A DNA stretch of 64,000 nt from NCBI RefSeq assembly GCF_006345805.1, contig NC_043002.1, forward strand, positions 78,368,001 through 78,432,000, written 5' to 3'. The position numbers and the translations under genes were made by a program. Position 1 is the first letter of the stretch. Each line of letters opens with the position of its first letter. Of this stretch, positions 1 through 12,392 are shown one piece after another. This DNA comes from Octopus sinensis. Taxonomy: Eukaryota. Under the pieces are notes generated by a model that ran no database searches, had not been told where the DNA came from, and worked only from the letters and a program-made list of their open reading frames with translations.

Positions 1-689
1 TTGAGTGATGAAAATTCAACACAGAAAACGCATATATAGGGCAAGTTTTATCTGTGGATTGTTGAATCTTTTCTTTGACAAAGGTAAAAACTATTGAATA
101 TATAAAGATCATCAGAAATCATACCAGTCGGCATTCACTTGAAAATGGTTTTAAATCTTACCACAGGGCCAGTAGTTTTTGTGGGGAACGGGAAGTTGAT
201 TACACACACCCTGATACTTGATCGGTACTTATTTTATCAATTCCAAGAAAATGAAAGATAAAGTTGACCTTGAAAAAATACTTGATAATAATAGCTGCAA
301 AGATACAACAGCTGTGTACTTAAGGTATTGGACTAATCACCCAATGGTTACAAGTTCATATCTTACTACTGCCACTGTATTGTATTGCTAGTCTTTTTTT
401 TAGCTGTTTTGCCTGATTGTTCACAAACAACTTTATACTTTCAAGGTTGTTGTTACGTAATCCTAGGTCATCTTTCATTGAGCAGATATAGAATTAAAGA
501 TATTCCAGTTATAACCATCCTACTTTTTTAGAGGATATCTTCTTTCCACAGATGGTACATAAGGCTTCTTTTTTCTCTGTCTGTCTGTCTCTCTCTCTCT
601 CTCCCTCTCCCTCCCCCTCTCTCTCTCTCTATGCTGCTCTGTCAATGGCTGTGGGTTGCACCTGGTTCTATGTTCCCATCTATCAACCC

Positions 690-1320
690 ATTCCTCTTTT
701 TTAACTGTTCTTCCCCATCTGTTCTTGGTTCTTTTGTGCTTCCACCTTCCTTTAGGGGTCTGTGCTATGTCATGGCTCTTATACAGTTGTTGCAAGGATC
801 TTTCCTAGAATTCTAATTCCCTGTGACAAATTGTATCCATGGACTTACAAGTGGTGTAATCAACCCCTGAGCTTCCTCTCTGCTTTCATTCAAGTGTGTC
901 ATGCTTCCTCTTTCCAGGTTAGGAACCACTGCCACTTCAAAATGTTGAGGATTCTCCTGAGTGTTTGGAGATTTTGTAATCTGAAGTATTTTTCAGAATC
1001 AGATGATCAACCCTAAGCTCAAAGAGGGGGTTGTTTTTTTTATTGGGGTTCTTTTTACTGAGGCGATTGCACTGCTTCCTACACTCATAAGCTTCATCTG
1101 CATGGGATTCAAAATCAGTTTCTTTTCTGTAGTAGGTTTTATGGTTCCTCAGCCTATCCAGCTTAGCCTCACTCTTCTCAAAAGGTAATGTTGAGAGCTA
1201 GTCTTAATATCATGCATGTCACTTGCACCCATGCTGTGTTAGTCTTGGCTGAGGTTGTCTCCACCCTGGTCTGTGTCCTGGGAGAACTTCCACATTGATG
1301 TGATGTGCCATAACCAGGAA
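690..1320 (-). mobile_element. Highly decayed RTE-like LINE 3' remnant
   Basis: Minus-strand peptide TPKGRWKHKRTKNRWGRTVKKE resembles the RTE C-terminal motif P.GKRKRGRPK.TW.RTVEKE; the rest is broken by stops. Confidence 0.3.
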
Positions 1321-1334
1321 TATACTATTTGACA

Positions 1335-1371
<37 letters not shown>

Positions 1372-1378
<7 letters not shown>

Positions 1379-1688
1379 CGGAGATGTACTTGCATAGCAA
1401 GTGACCTGATCTGAGATTGTGTGCTGGAATGAAAACGATTGCAGCATGGAAGGTGTTTACAAGCTATTTAAGAAACACACAAAAACCGTTAGATTCACTT
1501 CAGCATTTAAATGTAATTTGTCAGAATATTTTCGTCGCTTTGAGATCCAGCACGGAATTTTGTCAGTGAACAGGTCGCAGTCTCAAAGTGATGAAAATAT
1601 TTTGACAAATTAAATTTAAATGTTGAAGTGAATCTAACGGTTTTTGTGTGTTTCTTAAATGGCTTATAAGCACTTTCCACACTACAAT
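1372..1688. repeat. Fold-back repeat (arms 1438-1545 and 1581-1688) carrying a hammerhead-like motif; probable Penelope-type terminal repeat
   Basis: Arms of about 108 bp are imperfect reverse complements around a 35-bp spacer; flanked by (TA)n; a decayed relative lies at about 4490-4690. Confidence 0.75.
1559..1609 (+). ncRNA. Minimal type I hammerhead ribozyme-like motif with G3-C8 core swap
   Basis: TTTGTCA-GTGAACA-G-GTCGC(agtctcaaa)GTGAT-GAA-AATATT-T-TGACAAA: 7-bp stem I, 5-bp stem II (two G-U), self-complementary AATATT stem III. Confidence 0.6.
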
Positions 1689-1754
1689 TATATATATATA
1701 TATATATATAAGTATGTATGTATATATATATATATAAATATATGTATATGTATG

Positions 1755-1806
<52 letters not shown>

Positions 1807-2092
1807 CAACAATTGAGGGTAAAATTAATTAATTAATTAATCAATTTCACCAAGTATTCAGTATGCAAAGGGACCATTTAAGGCGAATTCAAATTATTAC
1901 ATTATATAAAAGGGCTTAGTAAAATAAATTACTTTGCCGCATACTGAACTCGTTAGAAATAGCAGCTAAAAAAACTTTTTATAAAACTATTTCTAACACT
2001 TAAAGAAAATCTCTCTCATATAGTGTTTGCTCAATTCAACTCAAGAAAGTATGGGGGTAGAGACATTAAAAAATCAAATGCAAAGGTTATTT

Positions 2093-2143
2093 GAGTACGT
2101 ACGTTTCAAGATTAGTCAAAATCGACCCTTCTCTCATCAGCTC
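2093..2143 (-). ncRNA. Minimal hammerhead ribozyme motif (mirror copy in left palindrome arm)
   Basis: Reverse complement of the 2151-2201 motif; stem I is only GAG/CTC. Confidence 0.65.
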
Positions 2144-2149
2144 TTCTCA

Positions 2150-2202
2150 TGAGCTGATGAGAGAAGGGTCGATTTTGACTAATCTTGAAACGTACGTACT
2201 CA
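2150..2202 (+). ncRNA. Minimal type I hammerhead ribozyme motif, canonical core
   Basis: TGAG-CTGATGA-GAGA(agg)GTC(gatttt)GAC(taa)TCTT-GAA-AC(gtac)GT-A^CTCA; predicted cleavage after 2198 (GUA). Confidence 0.75.
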
Positions 2203-2399
2203 AATAACCTTTGCATTTGATTTTTTAATGTCTCTACCCCCATACTTTCTTGAGTTGAATTGAGCAAACACTATATGAGAGAGATTTTCTTTAAGTGTTA
2301 GAAATAGTTTTATAAAAAGTTTTTTTAGCTGCTATTTCTAACGAGTTCAGTATGCGGCAAAGTAATTTATTTTACTAAGCCCTTTTATATAATATATAT

Positions 2400-2901
2400 A
2401 TATATATATATAAAACTGTAGTTGTGTGAGTGTCTGTCCCCTTCGGTTTAGATTCCTAACTACTCCCACATTTTGCGGTGCAGTTTAACCAAATTCGGGT
2501 ATCTTATAGTTGTGATTCATATCGAGCCCGTCTGAGTATTAGCGCGTGTCTACGATGAGTCTACGATTTTAAAAATAATTTAACATCATTTTTTATTCCA
2601 TTTTAATGCATAATTTTTCGTGTCGATGGCAGCAGAGTTGGTGTCCATGGTCACACCTGCACCTGTTTGCTTCTCCCCCTTCTTCCCTCCCTCGTGAAGC
2701 TGTGGGGAAGGGAGTGTAAGGAAATCAACGTCGTAAAGCGTTGTCAAGGAGACCAGCGTTCTTTTAGAACAACAACTTCATGGCTTGAAGACACCAAAAT
2801 AGAAATGGCTAAGAAAGCCCGAATTGGCATCTATAAGGGAAGTAACTCTCTAAAAATGCTTATATAGTTATTTCCCTCACAAACCCGAGCAATACTGCTA
2901 G
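2400..2901 (+). mobile_element. Non-autonomous Helitron-like element
   Basis: 5' TATATATAAAACTGTAGTTGTGTG-type start merged into (TA)n; 3' end CCCGAGCAA..CTGCTAG followed by T; the subterminal hairpin appears partly deleted. Confidence 0.5.
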
Positions 2902-3001
2902 TATATATATAATTATAATTAAGGGTTAATTGCATACCGATAAATCTACTAGGTGAAATTGATTAATTTTATTAAATTAATTATATTCCACCCTTTATTG
3001 C

Positions 3002-3050
<49 letters not shown>

Positions 3051-3054
<4 letters not shown>

Positions 3055-3642
3055 TCATCATCATCATCATCATTTAACATCCGTTTTCCATGCTGGTATG
3101 GGTTGGACGGTTTGGCAGGAGCTGCCCAGGTCCTGTGTCTGTTTTAGCATGGTTTCTATGGCTGGATGCCCTTCCTAACACTAATAACCTTACAGAGTGT
3201 ACTAGGTGCTTTTACACAGCACTGGCATAAGGGTGTTAACATGGCACTGATATAGGAGTTTTTTACGTAGCACCAGCACCCACAAACCTGCAAGGTTATG
3301 AATGCTCAGCTAGAGAGGGATGCAGGGGACAGCCAGTATGCAAAGACAACCATGCTTTTATTTAGCTTGACATGTCTTTGCAAGTACAGTAAACTGCCAG
3401 GTGTCTCAGTCCCCTGCCATACCCTCTGTGAGTCCCAGCATCTGTAGATCCTTTCTCCTTTCACACCACTTCATCCCATGTCTTCATGAGTCTACCTCTT
3501 CCACATGTTCTCTCTACAATTAAAGATTGGCACACCTCTTGATGCAACTGTCTTCATTCATACACATTACATGACAATACCAATGCAGTCTTCTCTCTTG
3601 TACGCTACATCTGACGCCTCAGATACCCAGTTTTTCTCTCAA
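3051..3642 (-). mobile_element. RTE LINE 3' fragment with (GAT)n tail
   Basis: Minus-strand remnant ERTCGRGRLMKTWDEVV followed by the 3'UTR shared with other copies and a (GAT)n tail. Confidence 0.75.
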
Positions 3643-4489
3643 ATATATATATGCATGTGTGTATATATATGTGTAGATATGTATGCATATAAACCTTTAT
3701 GTTTATATTTGTTCTCCCACTGCTTGATAATCAATATTGGTTTGTTTATGTAACTTAGCAGTTTGTCAAAAGAGACTGATAAAATAAGTACTGAGGGCAA
3801 TTTGTTTGACTCAAACATTTTCCTGTGATGTCTTAGCATGGATGTTGTCTAATGACAAAAGCAAATAAAAGATGCGAGACTCTTAGGAAGCATAGAGTAC
3901 TTAATCCTTTTGATACCAACTTGCCCGAAACCACCCTTCGTTCTATGATACAAACTTCCTGTTTTAAAGTGAAATAAATTAAAACCTTTCATAAATCAAA
4001 ATTCCATTTTGATTTATGTTCCAAACACTAGCTTAGCCCTTTTACTACAGAAAGTAAATATATCCTCTCAAAATTTCATTACCCTTAACTGTAGGAAGCA
4101 GCTTTATATTTAGATTTAGATTTTGTTTATGAGTGTCAGGTTTGAAACTATTGTCATTGTCATCATCATCATCATCATTTAACATCCATTTTCTATGCTG
4201 GCTTGGGTTGGATGGTTCGACCAGCACTGGAAAGGCCAGAAGCCACACCAGGCTCCATTGTCTGTTCTGGTTTGGTTTCTGTGGCTGGATGCCCTTTCTA
4301 ATGACAACCACTCCACAGAGTGTACTTACTGAGTGTTTCTTGTGTGGCACCAGCACCAGTGCTTTTAACATGGCATGTCTAGTTTACTAAGACAGAAAAT
4401 ACTGATTCTATTGTTTTGGTAGAAATTTAACTTCATTATCGGAATAACCATGAAATTTAATTTCACTGTGAAAAAGTTAATTATGATAA

Positions 4490-4690
4490 AGTTACAGAGA
4501 TGTACTTGCATGCAAGTGTTTTGATCTAAGATCGTGTGTTGAAACTAAAATGATTGCAGCATGTAAGACACAAGGTAGCCATTCAAAAATACTCAAAGAC
4601 CATTAATTTCACTTAAACATTTATTTGTAATATAGTGTTAAAATTTTTGTTACTCAAAGCTGCAACCTGGCCACTGACACATATGTTCTG
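4490..4690. repeat. Decayed copy of the 1372-1688 repeat family
   Basis: Shares GAGATGTACTTGCAT..GATC.GAGAT.GTGTG; minus strand 4662-4679 reads TGTCA-GTGGCCA-GGTTGC, keeping G3 and C8. Confidence 0.5.
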
Positions 4691-6056
4691 CATCTAAAAA
4701 TCTTACTAAATTTTTCATTCTTTCCAAAATTAGTTGAAACAAAGACAATGTGATTCAACAGAAATATGGTAAGAAAAGGGTTTAGAACGAAGCCCCTTGA
4801 GATACCAAAGTTGCAGATACTTCCTTGTCGTTCTTGCCATTAGAAATGTCACCAATTGGGTCATTGGAAACCTGTAATCAATGATGCTGTTGTTCACAAT
4901 TTGCGTTATGAAATATAATGGATAAATAATATTGGACTAGATGGCATTAAGCATTCAGTTCAGCATTCTACTGCATTATTGTTCTTACTGCAATGTACTA
5001 GATGATAAAAATATTCACAAGCAGATGAGTGTAAATTCAGAATAGTTAACAACATGTAAAATTTTCTCTATCAAAAATTACATAATATTCAAATCTAAAC
5101 CTCCTGTCTTGTATATTTTTCATACCTTATCCTTTTTGCTTTACTTTGAACTCTCTGACAACAGTAGTTTATTGATGAAATAGTTATATATAGTAGCCAT
5201 TACAAGTGTTACCAGCAGCTGCTTAACGCTTAGCTTAAGCTGCAAGGAAACTATATAGCAAAAATATATTGGCCAAATTCTATCAACGTCAATATAAATA
5301 CTTTAAATACAGAAGATATATGAAGAATTATTGGCTGAATTCTATCAATGACAACGGAACTAGGTTAGTTAAAGAAAACAAAAAGAAAAAAATAACTGGA
5401 ATAATAAAAAAATATATAGCAATCCATACAGAGGCCATAAAATAGTAATTAAATGCCTGGAAAGAAACCTTGATGCTATACTTTTTGCGTTTTATGGTTT
5501 TGTTTTTCTTTTTTTTCCTACTCATTTTATTTCATTTCTTTCTTTAGATTACTATATAGGGAAATAGTTGCAAAAATATTGATTGTTCTGAGTTGGCCTT
5601 GAATGTCAATTGGTGAATATTGTTTCTATCAGGTTTAGTTTACAGCTTGAAAAAACAACAGTTAGAAGAATTCTCCTTTATTTATATTGACTGTTGTTAA
5701 ATGAGAAAAAATTTTTTTTTTGAAAAAAGCAATAAAAAATAAAAGAAGAAAGCATTCATAAAAAAAAAAATTAATTATAAATCCTGAAGCAAAGGTATAG
5801 GATCAGATGACTTGCTTGTAACGCTTCTGAACAACTACCAAAAGGTTGCTGTTTTCTGTACAAATGTATCATTTATTTACTGGGTTGGATGAGAACGAGG
5901 TTAACTCGTTAACTTTAAGAGCAAATATATGTGTGTGTGTGTGTGTGTGTTATGTGTATGTATGTATATATGTATGTATGTGTGTAGATGCATGTATGTA
6001 TGCATGTGTGCAAGTATACATGCACACACATATAAAAATACATATATATGTTTATA

Positions 6057-7435
6057 TCAGGTTGAGAAAAAGTAAGCAATGTTTTGAACCATGAAGAATT
6101 TATACCAGATTTTTGCAGTTTTGAATTTTTTTTAAACATTTTTTTTGTAATTGTCTGATAATACAGACATAGACTTACCCAAATGCATCCATAAAATAAC
6201 TATTTTTTTCACCATTGTTACAATCGTCTGAAATGGAACTGTCAAAGCACAATATTTGAGCAATTTTGCTATTCAACTTCAAAAAAGAACATAAAGCAAC
6301 TGAAACTGCTCGTAATATCACCGAAATGTTTTGTGAAGAAATGACCAGTGAGTGGTCAGCTTGAAAATGGTTTAACCCTTTCGATACCAACCCGGCTGAA
6401 ACCGGCTCTGGCTCTGAGTACAAATGTCTTGTTTCCATAAGTTTTGAATTAAAATCTTCCACCAAACCTTAGTCACAATTTATGTTCCTAACATTAGCTT
6501 AATGATAACTAAGTTATTTTACTAAATTCTTTATCATATTTAAAGTAATTGAAAGAAACACAGAGCATCTCAAAATAAATACAGTAACAAAAGGGTCAAA
6601 CAATTTTACAGTGGAGATCTGAGGCTTGAAGATTGTGAGTGTAGTAGACTCCCATCTACTTGAGAAAGATCCATGTAAAACCACTCTAGAACTGGCAAAA
6701 GAACTTCAAGTTAGCCAGAAAACTGCCTACAACCATTTGCATATGATTGGAAAATCAAAAAAGCTTGATTTGAATGAAAATCAGAAAATGCACAGATATG
6801 AAATTTGCTCTACACTTCTTCTCCATAACCAGACTGATCCATTTCTTGACTGTATTGTAACTTGCGATGAAAAGTAGATTCTGTACAATAATATAAAACG
6901 TTCTTCACAGTGGTTGGGCCAAAATGAAGCACTGAAAACCTTCCCTAAACCTGAGCTCTTCAAAAAAAAAAGTTATGGTGATTGTTTGGTGATGTACTGC
7001 TGGACTCATCTACTATAACTTCTTAAAACCTGGAAAAATCATTACTGCAGAAACATTTTGCCATGAATTTGCAAAAATTAATGAAAAACTGCTTCTCTTC
7101 CATTCCAGACTGGTCAACAGAAGAGAGCCAATCAGTCTTCATAACAATGCTCGACCAAACGTTTCACTAATGACACTCCAGAAGTTGAGGGAACTTGGCT
7201 ACAAAGTTCTTCTCCACCCAGCTTATTTCCCAGACCTTTCTCCTACAGACTACCACTTTTGCAAGCACCTTGACGGTTTCCTGCGAGAGAAGGTGTTCAA
7301 AAATCAAACCTATGCTGAAAGTGCATTCAAAGAGTTCATCAGCTCCAGGTTTTTATGTTATTGGAATAAACAAATTTGTAACTCATTGGCAAAAATGTGT
7401 TGCATTGTAATGGCACTAACTTTGATGAATGAGAT
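6057..7435 (+). pseudogene. Mariner (DD34D) transposon remnant, transposase pseudogene interrupted by a MITE
   Basis: TIR-like TCAGGTTGAGAAAAAGTAAG at 6057; motifs VTCDEK*ILYNN, LHNNARPN, HPAYFPDLSPTDYHF; stops and frameshifts. Confidence 0.9.
6376..6595. mobile_element. piggyBac-like MITE (220 bp)
   Basis: CCCTTT...AAAGGG termini between TTAA and TCAA; removing it restores mariner codons W-F-K-Q-F. Confidence 0.8.
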
Positions 7436-7436
7436 G

Positions 7437-7498
<62 letters not shown>

Positions 7499-8705
7499 GC
7501 TCTCTGCCTCTTTCTCCAGAGAGAGAAGCCATTTATTTATCTCTTCAGCAAGATATATTCCTGTCTCTGTCATAGAGTTGAAAGGGCTTTGTCTTGTGAG
7601 TACTTGGTGATCTCATCTGTGTTGGTGCCATGAAAAAAGCACTCAGTACACTTTGTGAGTTGGCTTGCAAAAAGCGGGGTATCCAGTGATAGAAACCATG
7701 CCAAAACACGCATTGGAGCTTAGCACAGCCCTCTATCTTGTCAGTTCCTTTCAAACCATCCAGCATGCCAGCACGGAAAAAGGGATGTTAAATGATGATG
7801 ATGATGCAAATACACATGAGCATATATGCATAATACATACATATATTATACATGTTGTTAAGGATAAAGAAGTATGTACCATCATAGGGGGTCAGTGAAA
7901 ATCAATGAGGAAGAAGATAATAATGGATGACTACTTTGAATATTTCAGCTTCTAAATCCAAATTATAAATTCACATTTATCACAGTAATAGCACTTTTGG
8001 TTTTGTTAGTAAATGCTTAATTGACAATTTTGGAAAGTTAGGGTTTTCTAGATTGTTTACAAAGTTGTCATCGAGTGGAGTATGAACACATTAGCAGCAG
8101 CAGTCCTATGTGGGGGTAACCAAATTTGATGTAACCCAACAAGACTGCAGCCACTAATGTGTTTATATTCTACTGAATGACAACTCAGCTATTTGTGCTA
8201 ACAGCCCATCCCACTATGTGCAATACCCAATTTAAGGAACTGATGTCTCTGAATACACTATTCCTCAGTCTGTTACCAAAGTGGTACCAGCATCCTGCTA
8301 ACATTTTGGTCTGAACACATGAGCCAAAAATAAAGGAAATAGCTGATGTTGCTTTGACAGCATTATTACTATATGACCTAAGGTGACCAATACAGGACTA
8401 AACACTGAGAAGTCATCTTGAATTTCTCTCAAAACATCCACTCTGCTCTCTGTGTCTGATGAGATGGACATGTCTTATATGATCATGAAACTTTAAGGAA
8501 TATGGAGCTGAGTCAAACTGTTATTAAACATATATGTAACTCCCACCAAATGTGTTGAGTACTATTTTCTTTTGTTTGTACACATATATGTATATTTATA
8601 TATATAATCAGAATGGAGGTCTGGTGCAGCTTTCCAGCATGCCAACCCAGTTAAACTGTCCAACTCATGCCAGCATGGATAACAGATGTTAAATGATGAT
8701 GATGA

Positions 8706-8763
<58 letters not shown>

Positions 8764-9052
8764 AGATAGATAGATAATTATATTGATAGATAGATAGATA
8801 GATACATAGATAGATAGATAGTTATGTGTATGTATATATATAAATATATGTGTGTGTATCTCCGTGTTAGCATTAAATGTCTAGTGGAAATAAAGAAGAG
8901 AACATGCAATACTAAGTAGAAGTTAGTAGAATAAATACGTATTTAAGCATAACTTAGTACTTCTAGTCACTTGCAGGGAGTGGCATTTAAATAACGAAAA
9001 AATGCTGCCATTGAGAAATCTAGAAAAGTAAGTTGCAGTGAATTTCTGAACG

Positions 9053-9085
<33 letters not shown>

Positions 9086-9404
9086 CACACACACATACAC
9101 ACATATATGTACATGTAGGTGTGTATAGGTGCTGATGTACGCAAAAAAATTCTATGAATTGAAATTTACCTCTTGTGTGTGAGAGTGTGTGTGCATGTGT
9201 ATGTCTATATGTGTGTACGTACATATATACACACATGTATGTGTATATATAAGGCGTAGTTGTGTGGTAAGAGGTTTGCTTTCCAGCCACATGGTTCCGG
9301 GTTCAGCCTGGCACCTTGGGCAAGTGTCTTCTACTACTATAACCCCAGGCCAACCAAAGCCTTGTGAGCAGATTTGGTAGATGGAGATTGAAAGATGCCT
9401 CTTG

Positions 9405-9482
<78 letters not shown>

Positions 9483-9483
<1 letters not shown>

Positions 9484-10196
9484 TTGTGTGTGTGTGTCTG
9501 TATACAAAAAATTTCTGTGAATTGGAATTTACCTCTCTTGTGCGTAGTCTTCTACCAGACTAGCTCCTGTCAAACCATCCAACGATGTCTGCATGGAAGG
9601 TGATCATTAAATGATGATGATGATGATATATATATATATATGTGTGTGTGTGTATATATATATATATACACACACACATATATATATATACATAGGCGCA
9701 ATGTTGTTGTGTAGTGAGAAGTTTGCTTCCCAACCACATGGTTTAAGGTTCAGTCTCAGTGTGGGGCACCTTGGACAAGCATCTTCTGTTGTAACCTCAG
9801 GCCAAAGCTTTGTGAGTAGATTTGAAAGAAGTGTGTGTGTGTGTCTATGTATGTATGTGTCTTTGTGTCTGTGTTTGTCCCCCTTCACCACTACTACTTG
9901 ACAGCCAGTGCAGGTGTATTTATGTCCCCTGTGACTTAGTGGTTCAGCAAAAGATACTGACAGAATACGTATGAGGCCTTAAGTACAAGTACTGGGATCA
10001 ATGCATTCAACTAAAGATTCTTCTAGGTGGTTCCCAGCATAGCCACAGTCTAATGACTGAAACAAGTAAAAGGTAAAAGATAAATATGTGTGTGTGTGTC
10101 TGTCTCTGTGTCTGTGTGTATGTATATGTGTGTATATATATATATATATTTATACACACACACACACATACATACATTTATACATACATACAAATA

Positions 10197-10236
<40 letters not shown>

Positions 10237-10942
10237 GTGTGTGTGTCTGTATACAAAAAATTTCTGTGAATTGGAATTTACCTCTCTTGTGCGTAGTCTT
10301 CTACCAGACTAGCTCCTGTCAAACCATCCAACGATGTCTGCATGGAAGGTGATCATTAAATGATGATGATGATGATATATATATATATATATGTGTGTGT
10401 GTGTATATATATATATATACACACACACATATATATATATATATACATAGGCGCAATGTTGTTGTGTAGTGAGAAGTTTGCTTCCCAACCACATGGTTTA
10501 AGGTTCAGTCTCAGTGTGGGGCACCTTGGACAAGCATCTTCTGTTGTAACCTCAGGCCAAAGCTTTGTGAGTAGATTTGAAAGAAGTGTGTGTGTGTGTC
10601 TATGTATGTATGTGTCTTTGTGTCTGTGTTTGTCCCCCTTCACCACTACTACTTGACAGCCAGTGCAGGTGTATTTATGTCCCCTGTGACTTAGTGGTTC
10701 AGCAAAAGATACTGACAGAATACGTATGAGGCCTTAAGTACAAGTACTGGGATCAATGCATTCAACTAAAGATTCTTCTAGGTGGTTCCCAGCATAGCCA
10801 CAGTCTAATGACTGAAACAAGTAAAAGGTAAAAGATAAATATGTGTGTGTGTGTCTGTCTCTGTGTCTGTGTGTATGTATATGTGTGTATATATATATAT
10901 ATTTATACACACACACACACATACATACATTTATACATACAT

Positions 10943-10948
<6 letters not shown>
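9483..10948. repeat. Direct tandem duplication of about 750 bp (9483-10195 and 10232-10948)
   Basis: The two copies read identical except for microsatellite lengths; the breakpoints lie in (TA)n. Confidence 0.9.
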
Positions 10949-10988
<40 letters not shown>

Positions 10989-10991
<3 letters not shown>

Positions 10992-11168
10992 GGGAAGGTT
11001 TACGAAAATAAACAAAAGACGAAGGCAGGTGGAGTACAAACAAACAAATGTATTAGTATGGCGCTCAGGAATAGAAATAGAACAAGTCTTTTACGTTTCG
11101 AGCCAACGCTCTTCGACAGAAAGATACACAGAAAAAAATAAAGAGAGAAAAAAATGCGTGTAGGAACT
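10989..11168 (-). mobile_element. Penelope-type terminal repeat (family Y) with HHR motif
   Basis: Three copies in the window (10989, 14688, 63076), each abutting (TA)n; each contains the motif at 11087-11124. Confidence 0.65.
11087..11124 (-). ncRNA. Minimal hammerhead-like motif, CUGUCGA core variant
   Basis: TCTTT-CTGTCGA-A-GAGC(gttg)GCTC-GAA-ACGT-A^AAAGA; A6 is U in all three family copies. Confidence 0.55.
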
Positions 11169-11744
11169 AACGATCTATATATAATACAAAATGGGACAAG
11201 AACGCAAAACATCTGGACAGTTAGGTGATACGAAAAGGGACAACAAAACATCTAGATAGACGATACAAAGAAAACAAGGACGGGTAATTCGAAATTTTCT
11301 TTCCTCAGTCAAGTATCAGTTTATCTTCGCAATTTCGGCTGATTATACATATGTATGTATATTTATATATCATCATCATCATCATTTGATATCCACTTTC
11401 ATGGTACCATGGTTTAGACAGCTTATGATGGTCCAAGTTATTTTTTATTGGGTGCTACTGTTCCTAAAAGCTGGTGCTCATACGTCACTTGGCTTCTTTT
11501 ATTTTTGTTAAGGTTGGATGCCCTTCCTGGCACCTCAGTACATTTTCTCATGTATATATATGTTATGTCTCCTTGTCTTGACATTACACCATATTTGTAA
11601 ATAAGCTTCCCTGTCATACATGTGTACCAGCTTTCATTCTTCTTCCAAATCTGCCTTAATAATTTTGCCACCCCAGAGCAGTAGAAAACTGTCAGTATCC
11701 TTCCCCTGTTCAAAAAAGGTGCATTGTACATCACCTGTCAACTA

Positions 11745-11960
11745 CAAGGTGGTGTTGAAAAGTTCCTGGTTTTAAGGGTATCACAAAAGGTTTGGTGGGA
11801 AGCCCAACCTTGCGAGTTCTTTTTTAGAGCTTAGAAAAACTGAAGGACCACTGCAATAAGTGTGTGAACCTGAGAGGGGAATATGTTGAATAAAATCAAC
11901 TAACTGATCCTCTCATATTTTCTTTTACCCAAAGCAAGGAACTTTTCTGCACTCCCTTCA
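11745..11960 (+). mobile_element. Mariner-derived MITE
   Basis: TA-flanked imperfect TIRs; internal KLKDHCNKCVNLRGEYVE* matches the mariner transposase C-terminus. Confidence 0.7.
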
Positions 11961-11983
11961 TACTGTCCAATTAGTCTTAATAG

Positions 11984-12392
11984 CTGCATCACCAAACTAA
12001 TGGAGTCCTGTGTCAGAGAAACATTGTGGAACTTCTGGAGCTCTCAAAGCCTTATTCGACCCTCACATCTGCCATACACTGTACATGTTGCTTCCCTGAG
12101 CATGGACACATTAAAGCTCTGACATCTGGCAACTGACTTGGTAGACACCCACAAGATTATCCACTGTCTTTCCAACAACAACCTTGGGCACCTTTTTGAA
12201 TTCCTTATATCTAACACTCATGAACATACTTACAAAATCAAAAAAACAACACAGCACCCATGACATTTGGAAACATTTTCACACTCAAAATTGCTGAAGC
12301 CTGGAATAAACTACCTGCATCAGTTGTTAGCAGTCGAGACACTACATTCTTCAAAACTTCCATGCTTCCTGAAATTCACCAACAGTATACTT
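11984..12392 (+). mobile_element. CR1-like LINE remnant, internally deleted
   Basis: PISLNSCITKLMES (RT start motif) joined to C-terminal motifs TDLVDTHKII and IAEAWNKLPASVV. Confidence 0.65.

Larger units (their letters stand above)
1901..2393. repeat. Perfect palindrome, 243-bp arms (1901-2143 and 2151-2393), 7-nt spacer
   Basis: Base-by-base reading shows the arms are exact reverse complements (mirror coordinates sum to 4294); spacer TTCTCAT. Confidence 0.95.

Noticed and set aside
8900-8990. Palindromic AAATACGTATTT near a CTAGAAG motif on the minus strand
   Set aside because: The core and stems cannot be assembled without several mismatches.
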